Numbered from the stretch's first letter, positions 47,698-57,677 are shown. The stretch is 64,000 bases of DNA from a virus (IMGVR_UViG_3300032313_001465:64001-128000); one strand, 5' to 3'. A program made the numbers and translations. Notes: a model not told the origin generated them from the sequence alone.

Positions 47698-48597
47698 ATG
47701 AAGAAATCTGATCTTAAAAAACATATTAAAGAAGAAATACTTTCGATCCTAAAAGAAGCATCAACAGCATTAGTAACTACTAAAGGAGGAACAAAACCTG
47801 TATCATTCTCATCCCCTTCAGAATTAAGCGCTCTTAAAACGGATGCTAACGTATCATCAATCACAACAACAGCAGGGCAAAAGATTAAAGAAACTAAAAA
47901 AGAAATGAAAGAAGATAAATTCGATGATAAAATAACAAATCTTGAAAAATATACTTATACTGTAAATGGGAAAAAAGTAACTCCGGAAATTGGTTATTTT
48001 GATCATTCATTAAAAGCTATGATATCCACTCCAAGAAGTGGTGATGAGTATTTTGATTATGAATTTTATAGAATTGGCGAACCTGATGAAAGTGGTAATA
48101 TTGAATTATCTCCTGAAAAAGGTAAAAAAGGAATGTATACTGAAGAAATGGATACTTCAGGATTTAAATCTGGTAGAGAATTTATTAATATAAAATTACA
48201 AAAATATCCTAAAGCTGTAGCTAAAATTAATCAATTAATTAATATGATTGGTGAAGATAAATTCACAATGGAAATGGCTAAATGGTTGTTTGATTTCTTT
48301 AATAATGCTTCATACGAAAGTCCAGTTAACGAAGCAAAAATTGAATCTGATTTTTTTGAACGAGAACCTAAATCTAAAGATATTGAGAAAGGAGAAGGCA
48401 TAATAGCTAAAACTACAAAGCTTTTAAAATTTCAAAAAGAATTAAAAACATTATCTAAAGATATGCAAGATTTAGCTGCTGAATATAGAGAAGCTGAAGG
48501 ATCTGATAAAGATGAAATTTTACGAACATTAAAAGTTAAAACTGCTGCTAAAAAGGAATTAGAGAAAAAAATAGAACAACTTGAAAGATATGTATAG
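47698..48597 (+). CDS. Multi-module protein with MKKSDLKKHIKEEI leader
   Basis: Leader plus LKE/IKE/MKE/VNE sites. Confidence 0.7.
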   Translation: MKKSDLKKHIKEEILSILKEASTALVTTKGGTKPVSFSSPSELSALKTDANVSSITTTAGQKIKETKKEMKEDKFDDKITNLEKYTYTVNGKKVTPEIGYFDHSLKAMISTPRSGDEYFDYEFYRIGEPDESGNIELSPEKGKKGMYTEEMDTSGFKSGREFINIKLQKYPKAVAKINQLINMIGEDKFTMEMAKWLFDFFNNASYESPVNEAKIESDFFEREPKSKDIEKGEGIIAKTTKLLKFQKELKTLSKDMQDLAAEYREAEGSDKDEILRTLKVKTAAKKELEKKIEQLERYV

Positions 48598-49252
48598 TAT
48601 AGTATTAGGTGTATTAAAAAATATTTTAGTATTTCTAAAAAAATTAGATTTTAAATCTTTATTAATCATAGCACTAATCTTAATAATTTTATTTATTAAA
48701 GGATGTGGAGGTAATCACCCACCAACACCTACAAAAATTATTAAAATTGATGGAAAAAAATATAGCGTACTTAAACATACTATTGATACTACATATATTC
48801 CAAAAAATACAGTTATATATCGTAAAGGTAAAGACATTGTTATTGAAAAAGAAATCCCAATCTATATTCCTCTAAACATAGATACTTCAGCAATAATTAA
48901 AGATTATTATACAAGTAGATTATATAAAGATACACTTACATTAGATTCATTGTCGTTTGTTGTTATTAATGATACTATAGCAAAAAATAGAATAGAATCG
49001 AGAAAATTCACTTCACATATAGTATATCCTATTATTAAGGAAACTACAATAGTAAAAGAATTACCAAAAAATCAATTCTTCTTAGGCGCAACTCTTGGAT
49101 TTGATAAAACAAACATAGTAAATTTCGCAGGTCCTTCATTTATATTTAAAAGTAAAAAAGATTATTTATACTCTTTTGGAATAGGTTATAGTAATGCTAA
49201 AACCGTTAGTATACAGGGAGGAATGCTTTTTAAAATTAAATTAAAGAAATAA
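48590..49252 (+). CDS. Membrane protein, candidate spanin
   Basis: TM followed by KGC; C-terminal alternating beta strands. Confidence 0.5.
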   Translation: MYSIVLGVLKNILVFLKKLDFKSLLIIALILIILFIKGCGGNHPPTPTKIIKIDGKKYSVLKHTIDTTYIPKNTVIYRKGKDIVIEKEIPIYIPLNIDTSAIIKDYYTSRLYKDTLTLDSLSFVVINDTIAKNRIESRKFTSHIVYPIIKETTIVKELPKNQFFLGATLGFDKTNIVNFAGPSFIFKSKKDYLYSFGIGYSNAKTVSIQGGMLFKIKLKK

Positions 49253-49255
49253 GTT

Positions 49256-50836
49256 TTGGAATCTCAAATAAAAGACATAATGAGACAGGAATATATAAAA
49301 TGTCTCCAAGATCCTGCCCATTTCATGAAAAAATATTGTTACATTAGTCATCCTCAAAGAGGAAGAATTATGTTTCACTTATATCCATTTCAAGAAAAGG
49401 TATTAGGTTTATTTCAAAAAAATCCATACTCCATAATACTTAAATCTCGTCAGTTAGGTATATCTACATTAGCTGGTGGGTATGCTTTATGGTTAATGTT
49501 ATTCCATAAAGACAAGAATATTTTATGTATTGCAACTAAACAGGATACAGCTAAAAATATGGTTACTAAGGTAAAATTTATGTACGATAATTTACCTTCA
49601 TGGTTAAAAGAAAAAGGTAAACCCTTAGAAGACAATAAACTAACTCTCAAACTAAATAACGGCTCTCAAATTAAAGCAACGTCTGCCTCGAGTGATGCAG
49701 GTAGATCAGAAGCTGTGTCCTTACTATTAGTAGATGAGGCCGCTTTTATTGAGAATATAGGAGAGATTTGGGCATCCGCTCAACAAACATTAGCAACAGG
49801 AGGAGGAGCAATTGTTCTTAGTACTCCATATGGAACTGGAAACTGGTTCCATCAAACTTGGGTTAAAGCAGAATCATCTGAAAATGATTTCTTACCTATC
49901 AGACTTCCATGGTATGTTCATCCTGAAAGAGATCAAACATGGAGAGATAAACAAAATGACTTATTAGGAGATCCAAGATTAGCAGCCCAAGAGTGTGATT
50001 GCGACTTTTCAAATTCAGGAGATACTGTATTACATCCTGAATATATAAAATACTATGAAGAAACTTATATTAAGGAACCGTTGGAGAGGCGAGGAGTTGA
50101 TCGTAACTTATGGGTATGGGAATCTCCAGATTATACTCGTCAGTATTTATTAGTAGCGGATGTAGCTCGAGGTGATGGAAAAGATTTCTCAGCATTTCAC
50201 GTTATTGATGTAGAAACTAATACACAAGTAGCTGAATATAAAGGGCAAATTGGAACTAGAGAGTTTGGGTATTTATTAGTGGGAGTAGCTACTGAATATA
50301 ATAATGCTTTATTAGTAGTAGAAAATGCAAATATAGGATGGAGTACATTACAAACCATTCAAGAAAGAAACTATGCTAATCTATATTATTCTCCAAAAAA
50401 TGGAGAAATTACCGCAGATTCGTATTTTGATCAATTTATGGATTCAAGTAAAACAGTAGCTGGATTTACAATGTCTTTAAGAACAAGACCTATGGTAATA
50501 GGTAAATTCCAAGAATATGTTGGTGATAGATCAGTAGTTATTCAATCTAAAAGATTATTAGAAGAAATGAAAGTATTTGTTTGGAAAAATGGTAGAGCTG
50601 AAGCTCAACAAGGATATAATGATGATTTAATTACATCATTTTCTATTGCTATGTTTTTAAGAGATACAGCATTTAAGTTTAAACAACAAGGTCTAGATTT
50701 AACTAGAACCGCATTAAATAATTTTTCAACCGGAAAAAGTCAATACCAAGGAGCATATTTCGCAAGAGGAACAGATAACCCATATTCTATGAATATAAAG
50801 GGCCAAAGCGAAGATTTAACATGGTTAACAAGATAA
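49256..50836 (+). CDS. gp17: Terminase large subunit (T4 gp17-like)
   Basis: LYPFQ, KSRQLGIST, LLVDEAAF, STPYG, ADVARGDGKD, NDD. Confidence 0.95.
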   Translation: MESQIKDIMRQEYIKCLQDPAHFMKKYCYISHPQRGRIMFHLYPFQEKVLGLFQKNPYSIILKSRQLGISTLAGGYALWLMLFHKDKNILCIATKQDTAKNMVTKVKFMYDNLPSWLKEKGKPLEDNKLTLKLNNGSQIKATSASSDAGRSEAVSLLLVDEAAFIENIGEIWASAQQTLATGGGAIVLSTPYGTGNWFHQTWVKAESSENDFLPIRLPWYVHPERDQTWRDKQNDLLGDPRLAAQECDCDFSNSGDTVLHPEYIKYYEETYIKEPLERRGVDRNLWVWESPDYTRQYLLVADVARGDGKDFSAFHVIDVETNTQVAEYKGQIGTREFGYLLVGVATEYNNALLVVENANIGWSTLQTIQERNYANLYYSPKNGEITADSYFDQFMDSSKTVAGFTMSLRTRPMVIGKFQEYVGDRSVVIQSKRLLEEMKVFVWKNGRAEAQQGYNDDLITSFSIAMFLRDTAFKFKQQGLDLTRTALNNFSTGKSQYQGAYFARGTDNPYSMNIKGQSEDLTWLTR

Positions 50837-50847
50837 AATAAACAAAA

Positions 50848-52749
50848 ATGGCAGATAAAAGTGTATTTACAAGACTAAAAAGGTTATTTTCTACGGATGT
50901 AATCATCAGAAACCAAGGTGGGAATAACATTCGTGTAATAGATGTTAATCACATCCAAACTACTGGAGAAATTGAAACTAATTCACTTCAAGATAGATTT
51001 AATCGAATATATAGTAGCACAAACCCATCATCTTTATATGGAGCTCAATTTAATCTTAACTATCAATATTTAAGAACACAAATGTATTCTGAATATGATG
51101 TTATGGATACTGATGCTATTATAGCCTCTGCTCTAGATATTATTGCAGATGAAAGCACATTAAAAAATGAACAAGGAGAAGTATTACAAATTGTAAGTAG
51201 TGATGAAGATGTTCAAAAAATATTATATAACTTATTTTATGATGTATTAAATATAGAATTTAATATGTGGTCATGGGTAAGACAAATGTGTAAATATGGT
51301 GACTTTTTCTTAAAATTAGAGATAGCTGATAAATTTGGAGTATATAATGTTATCCCATATACTGCATATCATATTGAAAGACAAGAAGGATACGATAAAG
51401 CAAATCCTGCTTCTATAAGATATGCATTTTCACCTGATGGTTTTGCTGGGGGTAGTTATGGTTACTATAACTTACCAAATCAACCTACTAATTCAAATCG
51501 AATTTATTTTGATAACTATGAGATGGCTCATTTCAGACTAATCTCAGATGTAAATTATTTACCTTACGGAAGAGCATATATTGAACCAGCGCGTAAATTA
51601 TATAAACAATACTCTTTAATGGAAGATAGCATGCTTATCCATAGAATAGTTAGAGCGCCGGAAAAACGTGTATTTTATATTAATATTGGAGGCATTCCAC
51701 CTAATGAAGTAGAAGCATTTATGCAAAAAACAATTTCTGCTATGAAACGTACTCCATATATTGATCCTGAAACTGGAGAATATAATTTGAAGTATAATAT
51801 GCAGAATATGATGGAAGATTTCTATATTCCAGTTCGTGGGAATGATGCAACTACTAAAATTGATACTACAAAAGGTTTAGAGTATGATGGTATTAAGGAT
51901 GTTGAGTATTTAAGAGATAAAATGTTTGCTGCCTTAAAAGTTCCAAAAGCTTTTATGGGTTATGAGAAAGATTTAACTGGAAAAGCTACATTAGCAGCCG
52001 AAGATATTAGATTTGCTCGTACAATTGATAGAATACAGAGAATAATATTATCTGAACTTGAAAAAATTGCTTTAATCCATTTATATACACAAGGATATGA
52101 TGGTGAACAGTTAACTAATTTTAAATTATCTCTTACTACTCCTTCAATTATATACGATCAAGAACGTTTAGCTCTTTTAAAAGAAAAAGTAGATTTAGCT
52201 GTAACTATTTTCGAAAACGATGTTTTACCATCTGATTGGGTTTACACTAACGTATTCCATTTAAGTGAAAGTGAATTTGGTGAAATGAGAGATCTAAATG
52301 TGGAAGACGCAAAACGTAGATTTAGACTAAAACAAATATCAGAAGAAGGAAATGATCCATTAGAAACAGGTAAATCATATGGTACACCTCATGATTTAGC
52401 AACACTATATGGCACAGGAAGATATGATAATACAGCTGATGTTCCTGCTGGATATAATGAAAAAGCTACTTTAGGTCGTCCTGTAGAAAAAAGTTCAAAT
52501 ATAAATACTCAAGGCAATGCTTTTGGTAGAGATAGATTGGGGGTTGCTGCTATGAAAAAAGATGATCAACCATCATTTGGTAAAACCAATTATAAAGGAG
52601 GTTCACCTCTAGCATTAGAAGGAACCAAAAAATCTTATTTTCAAAATAGAAAATTATTAGAGAATATGAAAGTAGAACGCAAAGTAATGATTTTTGAATC
52701 AGACAAAAACAAAGAGTCATTACTAGATGATTCTCAGTTACTACCTTAA
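50848..52749 (+). CDS. gp20: Portal protein (T4 gp20-like)
   Basis: MEDSMLIHRIVRAPEKRVFYI, EDFYIPVRG, ALKVP, EDIRFAR. Confidence 0.93.
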   Translation: MADKSVFTRLKRLFSTDVIIRNQGGNNIRVIDVNHIQTTGEIETNSLQDRFNRIYSSTNPSSLYGAQFNLNYQYLRTQMYSEYDVMDTDAIIASALDIIADESTLKNEQGEVLQIVSSDEDVQKILYNLFYDVLNIEFNMWSWVRQMCKYGDFFLKLEIADKFGVYNVIPYTAYHIERQEGYDKANPASIRYAFSPDGFAGGSYGYYNLPNQPTNSNRIYFDNYEMAHFRLISDVNYLPYGRAYIEPARKLYKQYSLMEDSMLIHRIVRAPEKRVFYINIGGIPPNEVEAFMQKTISAMKRTPYIDPETGEYNLKYNMQNMMEDFYIPVRGNDATTKIDTTKGLEYDGIKDVEYLRDKMFAALKVPKAFMGYEKDLTGKATLAAEDIRFARTIDRIQRIILSELEKIALIHLYTQGYDGEQLTNFKLSLTTPSIIYDQERLALLKEKVDLAVTIFENDVLPSDWVYTNVFHLSESEFGEMRDLNVEDAKRRFRLKQISEEGNDPLETGKSYGTPHDLATLYGTGRYDNTADVPAGYNEKATLGRPVEKSSNINTQGNAFGRDRLGVAAMKKDDQPSFGKTNYKGGSPLALEGTKKSYFQNRKLLENMKVERKVMIFESDKNKESLLDDSQLLP

Positions 52750-52776
52750 TATTTATATATATTTATAAAAAACACA

Positions 52777-53628
52777 TTGATGAAACATAATAGGACAAAA
52801 AATACAGGTATACTATTTGAATTATTAACAAGACAGATTACTTCAGATATTCTATCAGGTAAAGATTCACCTGCATCAAAAATAATCAAATCTCATTTTG
52901 TTAATACTGAATTAGGGAAAGAATACAAGTTATATGAGTCTATTTTTAAAAATAACTTTGTTAGCGAAGCTAAAGCTAATATGGTTATAAACACGGTATT
53001 AGAATCTTCTAAAAAGTTAAATCGTACAACTTTAAGAAAACAAAAATACAATTTAATTAAGGAAATAAAAGACCACTATAACTTAGACGAATTTTTTAAA
53101 ACTAAAGTTTCAAACTACAAAGAATTAGCATCTATATATGTTTTATTTGAAGTACATAGTGATCCAACATATTCAAATCCACAAATTACTATAAATAATA
53201 AAACTACTCTTTTAGAATATTTAACAAAACCCAAAAGGGAAAAAGAACACACCCAAACCATTATTGAGGAGTTTCAAACATACGACAAAGATTTACGTAT
53301 TTTAACTTACAAGATTTTACTTGATAAATTTAATACAAAACATGCTCATTTAAATGAGAACCAAAAATTAGTACTCAAAGAATTTATCAACTCAATAGAT
53401 TCAGCTCCAAAATTGATGAGATTTTATAATGATAAGATAAACGAAATCAAATCTGAAATAAAAACTCAAATCAACAAAACAGAAGATGCTGTTGTTAAAA
53501 TTAAATTAAAGGAAGTAAGTAAACTACTAACTGAAGTTGATAAGAATCAAAAAGTTAAAACAAATAATTTAGTTGACTTACTTCAATATTTTGAACTTTT
53601 AGAAGAATTAAAACATACTAATGGATAA
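52777..53628 (+). CDS. Hypothetical head-assembly protein
   Basis: Between portal and protease; KNTGILFELL. Confidence 0.65.
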   Translation: MMKHNRTKNTGILFELLTRQITSDILSGKDSPASKIIKSHFVNTELGKEYKLYESIFKNNFVSEAKANMVINTVLESSKKLNRTTLRKQKYNLIKEIKDHYNLDEFFKTKVSNYKELASIYVLFEVHSDPTYSNPQITINNKTTLLEYLTKPKREKEHTQTIIEEFQTYDKDLRILTYKILLDKFNTKHAHLNENQKLVLKEFINSIDSAPKLMRFYNDKINEIKSEIKTQINKTEDAVVKIKLKEVSKLLTEVDKNQKVKTNNLVDLLQYFELLEELKHTNG

Positions 53629-54034
53629 TTTAAAAGGGAAAATTAAAAAGATATGTCAAGAATATCTTAAAAAACTAAAAGAAGAATCTACAACAGGTGG
53701 TGGAACAGCTAGTAGTGCCGGAATGACTACAGGTACTGGAGAACAATATGCTACACCATTTGCCTTTAATCCAAATAAAAAAGCTAAAGGTACAGCCAGT
53801 AATTACTACTATAAGTTAGGATATAAATTGGCACCTAACCAAGTAACTGAAATAGATAAATCTACATATGGAACCGGAAATTTAGGACCGGGTCCAAAAG
53901 CAACTGAACGTGGAGTAGAAGATAATTATTATGTAAAGGCGTTTGGTTACAAAGTAGTTGATCGTAAAAAACAAGCAGACGCTTCTAAAGCTGTAGATTA
54001 TAAAGATTTATGGGGAAAAACATATAAATATTAA
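53621..54034 (+). CDS. Hypothetical head-region protein
   Basis: LKEES site; YATPFAF. Confidence 0.65.
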   Translation: MDNLKGKIKKICQEYLKKLKEESTTGGGTASSAGMTTGTGEQYATPFAFNPNKKAKGTASNYYYKLGYKLAPNQVTEIDKSTYGTGNLGPGPKATERGVEDNYYVKAFGYKVVDRKKQADASKAVDYKDLWGKTYKY

Positions 54035-54035
54035 T

Positions 54036-54275
54036 ATGTATAGATATAAATTAAAAGAAGAAACACCACAAACTCCTAAACAATATCAACAAACCCGCTT
54101 AAACGGATTTGATGAAGTTATAGATTTAATAGGACAAATACAACCTCTTTTAAAAGAAGCTAGACAAAAAACGATAGAATATTATAATGATAATCCTGAG
54201 TCGTATGATGTAGTATATGGTACTGATTTAATAAAAGATTACTTATTAGATATAACAAAAATATTAAAAAAATAA
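54036..54275 (+). CDS. Hypothetical head-region protein
   Basis: ORF; LKEE near N-terminus. Confidence 0.65.
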   Translation: MYRYKLKEETPQTPKQYQQTRLNGFDEVIDLIGQIQPLLKEARQKTIEYYNDNPESYDVVYGTDLIKDYLLDITKILKK

Positions 54276-54282
54276 AACAAAC

Positions 54283-54561
54283 ATGGTAAATATCCCAGTA
54301 AATTTAGGAGGAACATTTTTAACAGCCAGTCAATCAGCCACTGGAGCATTCTCAGGAATGATATGTTTAGGAACAGGATCAGCAACAGCAATAACAGGTT
54401 CAATTATTTCAGGTATTAAATATGGATATGCGTTTGCTAACAACAAAGTTTCAGAAGCTGTAGGGGTACCATTTACAATGGCTCCAGGAACTACATTTCC
54501 TATGGTTATAACTTCTTGTAGTTTAGCAGCAGGTAGCGCTCCAGTATTTTTATATTCATAA
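54283..54561 (+). CDS. Small G/S/T/A-rich protein (possible head decoration)
   Basis: Composition like the outer structural proteins. Confidence 0.55.
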   Translation: MVNIPVNLGGTFLTASQSATGAFSGMICLGTGSATAITGSIISGIKYGYAFANNKVSEAVGVPFTMAPGTTFPMVITSCSLAAGSAPVFLYS

Positions 54562-54574
54562 TTTTAAATAAACA

Positions 54575-55786
54575 ATGAAAACATTACAAACACAATATAA
54601 TCTTATTAAAGAAGGAAAAGGAAGTAAACATGTATTTTTAAAGGAAGCAAAAAGCTTATATCCTGACATGATTACTAATTTTTCAACTTTTGAACAAACT
54701 GAAAAAATTCTTAAAAATAGAGGAGTAATTAACGAAAATTTTGTTGGATTACAACCTATTAACGATTGGGAACCATCTCCAAAACAAGACTATGAAATAG
54801 CATTTAAAAAATTCTTATCTGAAGTAGAAGAAGAAAAAGTTAAAGCTGATACTAAAAAAGTGTCTAAATATGTAGAAGATACTGATGCTCATAGTTTTGA
54901 TAATAAAGATCGTAAAAATATTGATAATTTAAGTGGTCAAGAAGTACTTAATGGGTTTTATACCGAATTAAAAGCGCCTAAAAACGCAGATAAAACGAAA
55001 GACGAATTAATGGATATCGTTACTAAAAATCTATCAAAAGATCCGTTATACTACATTAAAAACGGCCAATTTGGAACTGAAGGAGTGGGATATACTGAAG
55101 ACGCTCCAGGTTTAGGTAAGCCTAAAGAAGCAAAAGGTAAATATAAATCAAGTGGATATGGCGATTTAGATAATAAACAAACAGCTCCAAAATCAAACGT
55201 TAAGGATTCAGGAAAAAGTGAATACAAAACTGGTATGCCTAAGAAAGTAAAAGAAATGGATATGAAAGCTCAATCTTCTAAAGGTGTACAAAAAATGGCT
55301 ACTCCTGGTAAACCAAAAACTATAAAACTAAATGAAATAGGAATGTTTCATGATCCTATGGGATATAATAAAGGAGCAAAATCTCAAAAGGAAGTAGCTC
55401 GTGATATATTAATGAATGCTGGATTGTCTGATGAAGAAATAAAAAAGTTCATTAGTGATAATATGTTTAAAAAAGGAAGATTAGATGATTTAGCTAAAGA
55501 ATATATTAAATCCCTTAAAGGACTAAATGAAAATCAAGAATCAAATACAGATGTATTAAAAGATTTAATATCAAGACATGATTGGTACTTTGAAATGAGT
55601 GATGATAATAGAAAATATAAAGATGGTCAAGCATCTGAAAAGAAAATTATGGATTTAGTAAATAGAATGGGAGATGAAGGCAAAAAAATCTATAATTCAA
55701 TGGCACCAAAAGATAGACAATTAAAAGAATCCGTAGTTGATAGAATAATAGAATCTATTCTTGAAAGACTTAAGAAAATTAAATAA
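54575..55786 (+). CDS. Putative prohead core/internal protein
   Basis: Multiple IKE/INE/LSE/LNE/LKE sites; directly upstream of the protease. Confidence 0.6.
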   Translation: MKTLQTQYNLIKEGKGSKHVFLKEAKSLYPDMITNFSTFEQTEKILKNRGVINENFVGLQPINDWEPSPKQDYEIAFKKFLSEVEEEKVKADTKKVSKYVEDTDAHSFDNKDRKNIDNLSGQEVLNGFYTELKAPKNADKTKDELMDIVTKNLSKDPLYYIKNGQFGTEGVGYTEDAPGLGKPKEAKGKYKSSGYGDLDNKQTAPKSNVKDSGKSEYKTGMPKKVKEMDMKAQSSKGVQKMATPGKPKTIKLNEIGMFHDPMGYNKGAKSQKEVARDILMNAGLSDEEIKKFISDNMFKKGRLDDLAKEYIKSLKGLNENQESNTDVLKDLISRHDWYFEMSDDNRKYKDGQASEKKIMDLVNRMGDEGKKIYNSMAPKDRQLKESVVDRIIESILERLKKIK

Positions 55787-55787
55787 A

Positions 55788-56408
55788 ATGAGTAAACAAC
55801 TTCTAATAGAAACTAGACCATTCCAAGTTAATCCAATGCAACTTGTTGAAGGAACCAAAGGATCTTCAGGAAATCCATTAGTAGAAGGTATTTTAGCTAC
55901 AGTAGAAGTAAAAAATGGAAATGGAAGATACTACAAGAGAGAGTTATGGGAAAGGGAATTAGAAACATACATGCAAAGTATTAAAGAAAATCGTGCAACT
56001 GGAGAATTAGATCACCCCAGCACTGAAGTTATTAACTTAAAAAATGTATCTCATGCTATCAAAGATATTTGGTGGGATGGGGACAACATAATGGGTAAAA
56101 TCGAAATTCTACCTACCCCATCAGGTAATATCCTAAAAGCACTTATAGAAAGCAATATCTCAGTAGGAGTATCTTCAAGAGGAATGGGTACTTTAAAACA
56201 AGAAGGCGATTTAATGGAAGTACAAGATGATTTTACATTAACATGTTGGGATTTTGTATCTACTCCTTCTAATCCAGGTAGCTGGATGCATCCAATAAAT
56301 GGAATGATGAACGAAGGTTTACAATCAATTAAAACAAATAAGTATTCTAAAGTAAATTCTATTCTTTTTGAAATATTATGCGCTCACGGCACTTGCCCAA
56401 TAATTTAA
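55788..56408 (+). CDS. gp21: Prohead protease (T4 gp21-like)
   Basis: KNGNGRYY, GELDHP, TPSGNI, GVSSRGMG, DFVSTPS; ATG at 55788. Confidence 0.93.
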   Translation: MSKQLLIETRPFQVNPMQLVEGTKGSSGNPLVEGILATVEVKNGNGRYYKRELWERELETYMQSIKENRATGELDHPSTEVINLKNVSHAIKDIWWDGDNIMGKIEILPTPSGNILKALIESNISVGVSSRGMGTLKQEGDLMEVQDDFTLTCWDFVSTPSNPGSWMHPINGMMNEGLQSIKTNKYSKVNSILFEILCAHGTCPII

Positions 56409-56438
56409 AATCTATCATAAAATAATATTTTAGAACTG

Positions 56439-56470
56439 ATGTCTCCCCTAAAAAGGAGACATTTTTTTTT
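56439..56470 (+). terminator. Intrinsic terminator
   Basis: ATGTCTCC..GGAGACAT + T run. Confidence 0.8.
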
Positions 56471-56609
56471 CTTCAAAACGCGACTTTGACAAAAATGCGA
56501 CATACGTATAGCTATAATGTACTATTCTCATTCTACTATATAGTACCAAACAATCATAACCCCAATTACAATTACTAATAATTGTATTTCCAAAACAAAT
56601 TTAAGGAAA

Positions 56610-57677
56610 ATGTCAACAAACAGAGATTTATTAAAAGAAGCGATCGCTGACGCTAAAGCAGTAAAAGATACAGCAATTGCAAACGCAAAAATGGCTCTTG
56701 AAGAAGCATTTACTCCACATTTAAAATCTATGTTCTCCGCTAAAATCAACGAGATGGAAGAGGAAGATATGGATGAAGATATGGATTACAATGACGAAAA
56801 CATAGAGCAAAACGAAGCCAAAAAAAGAGGTGGAAAAAATGAAAAGGTTGTTAAAGAATTCTATTTAGAAGAAGACGAAATCAATCTAGAAGAACTTATG
56901 TCTGAATTAGAAAAAGATGAAATGGAAGAAGTAATTAATGATCCTAGAGGTCCTAGAGCTCACGGTAATATAGCTTCTGGAGGAATGTCAGATGATGCTT
57001 TAATGGAAGCCGAAGAAGAAACTGAGGAAGAAATGAGTATTGAAGACATGTCTGAAGAAGATTTAAAAGATTTCATTGAAAGTGTAATTAAAGACATGGT
57101 TGAAGCTGGAGAAATTGAAGCTGGTTCTGAAGAAGAAGAAGAAGAAGAAGAAGAAGGTGAAAGTATTGATGAGTTCTTAAACGAAATGGAAGGTGATGAC
57201 CTTAAAGAATATGGTCAAGAACAACCTATATCAGTTGAAGACGCTTTATCAATTGTATGTAAATCATATCCAAACAATGCATTATGTAAAGGAATGAAAG
57301 AAGGCAAAGGTGCAAAAGAAAAATCAAACAAAGAATTAGAAGAAGCATACAGAGTTATTAGATCAATGAAAAAAGACATTAACGAAGTTAACTTACTAAA
57401 CGCAAAATTACTTTACACCAATAAAATCTTCAGAGGTAAGAGCTTAACTGAATCTCAAAAGATTAATGTATTAGGTGCTTTTGACAGAGCAACAACCGCT
57501 AAAGAAGCTAAACTGGTATATGAATCATTGTTGAGTAATTTAAAAACACCAACAAGAAACATTCAAGAAAATTTAGGTAGAGCTTCCAAGTCAGTAACTG
57601 TTCCTCAAACAAAACAACCTATTATTGAATCAAATGATATGGTAGCAAGGTTCCAAAAATTAGCAGGTATTATTTAA
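56610..57677 (+). CDS. Prohead scaffold/core protein (gp22-like)
   Basis: Highly acidic coiled coil between protease and capsid genes; ends RFQKLAGII. Confidence 0.8.
   Translation: MSTNRDLLKEAIADAKAVKDTAIANAKMALEEAFTPHLKSMFSAKINEMEEEDMDEDMDYNDENIEQNEAKKRGGKNEKVVKEFYLEEDEINLEELMSELEKDEMEEVINDPRGPRAHGNIASGGMSDDALMEAEEETEEEMSIEDMSEEDLKDFIESVIKDMVEAGEIEAGSEEEEEEEEEGESIDEFLNEMEGDDLKEYGQEQPISVEDALSIVCKSYPNNALCKGMKEGKGAKEKSNKELEEAYRVIRSMKKDINEVNLLNAKLLYTNKIFRGKSLTESQKINVLGAFDRATTAKEAKLVYESLLSNLKTPTRNIQENLGRASKSVTVPQTKQPIIESNDMVARFQKLAGII

Noticed and set aside
46-55787. Upstream starts in the ORF track (46, 1796, 3362, 5523, 8878, 16681, 30552, 42989, 48581, 55761)
   Set aside because: They run through promoters, terminators or upstream genes; downstream ATGs with better leaders were used instead.
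57129-57155. (GAA)n run in the scaffold gene
   Set aside because: Encodes a poly-Glu tract in an acidic scaffold; triplet slippage keeps frame, so it is not a phase-variation switch.
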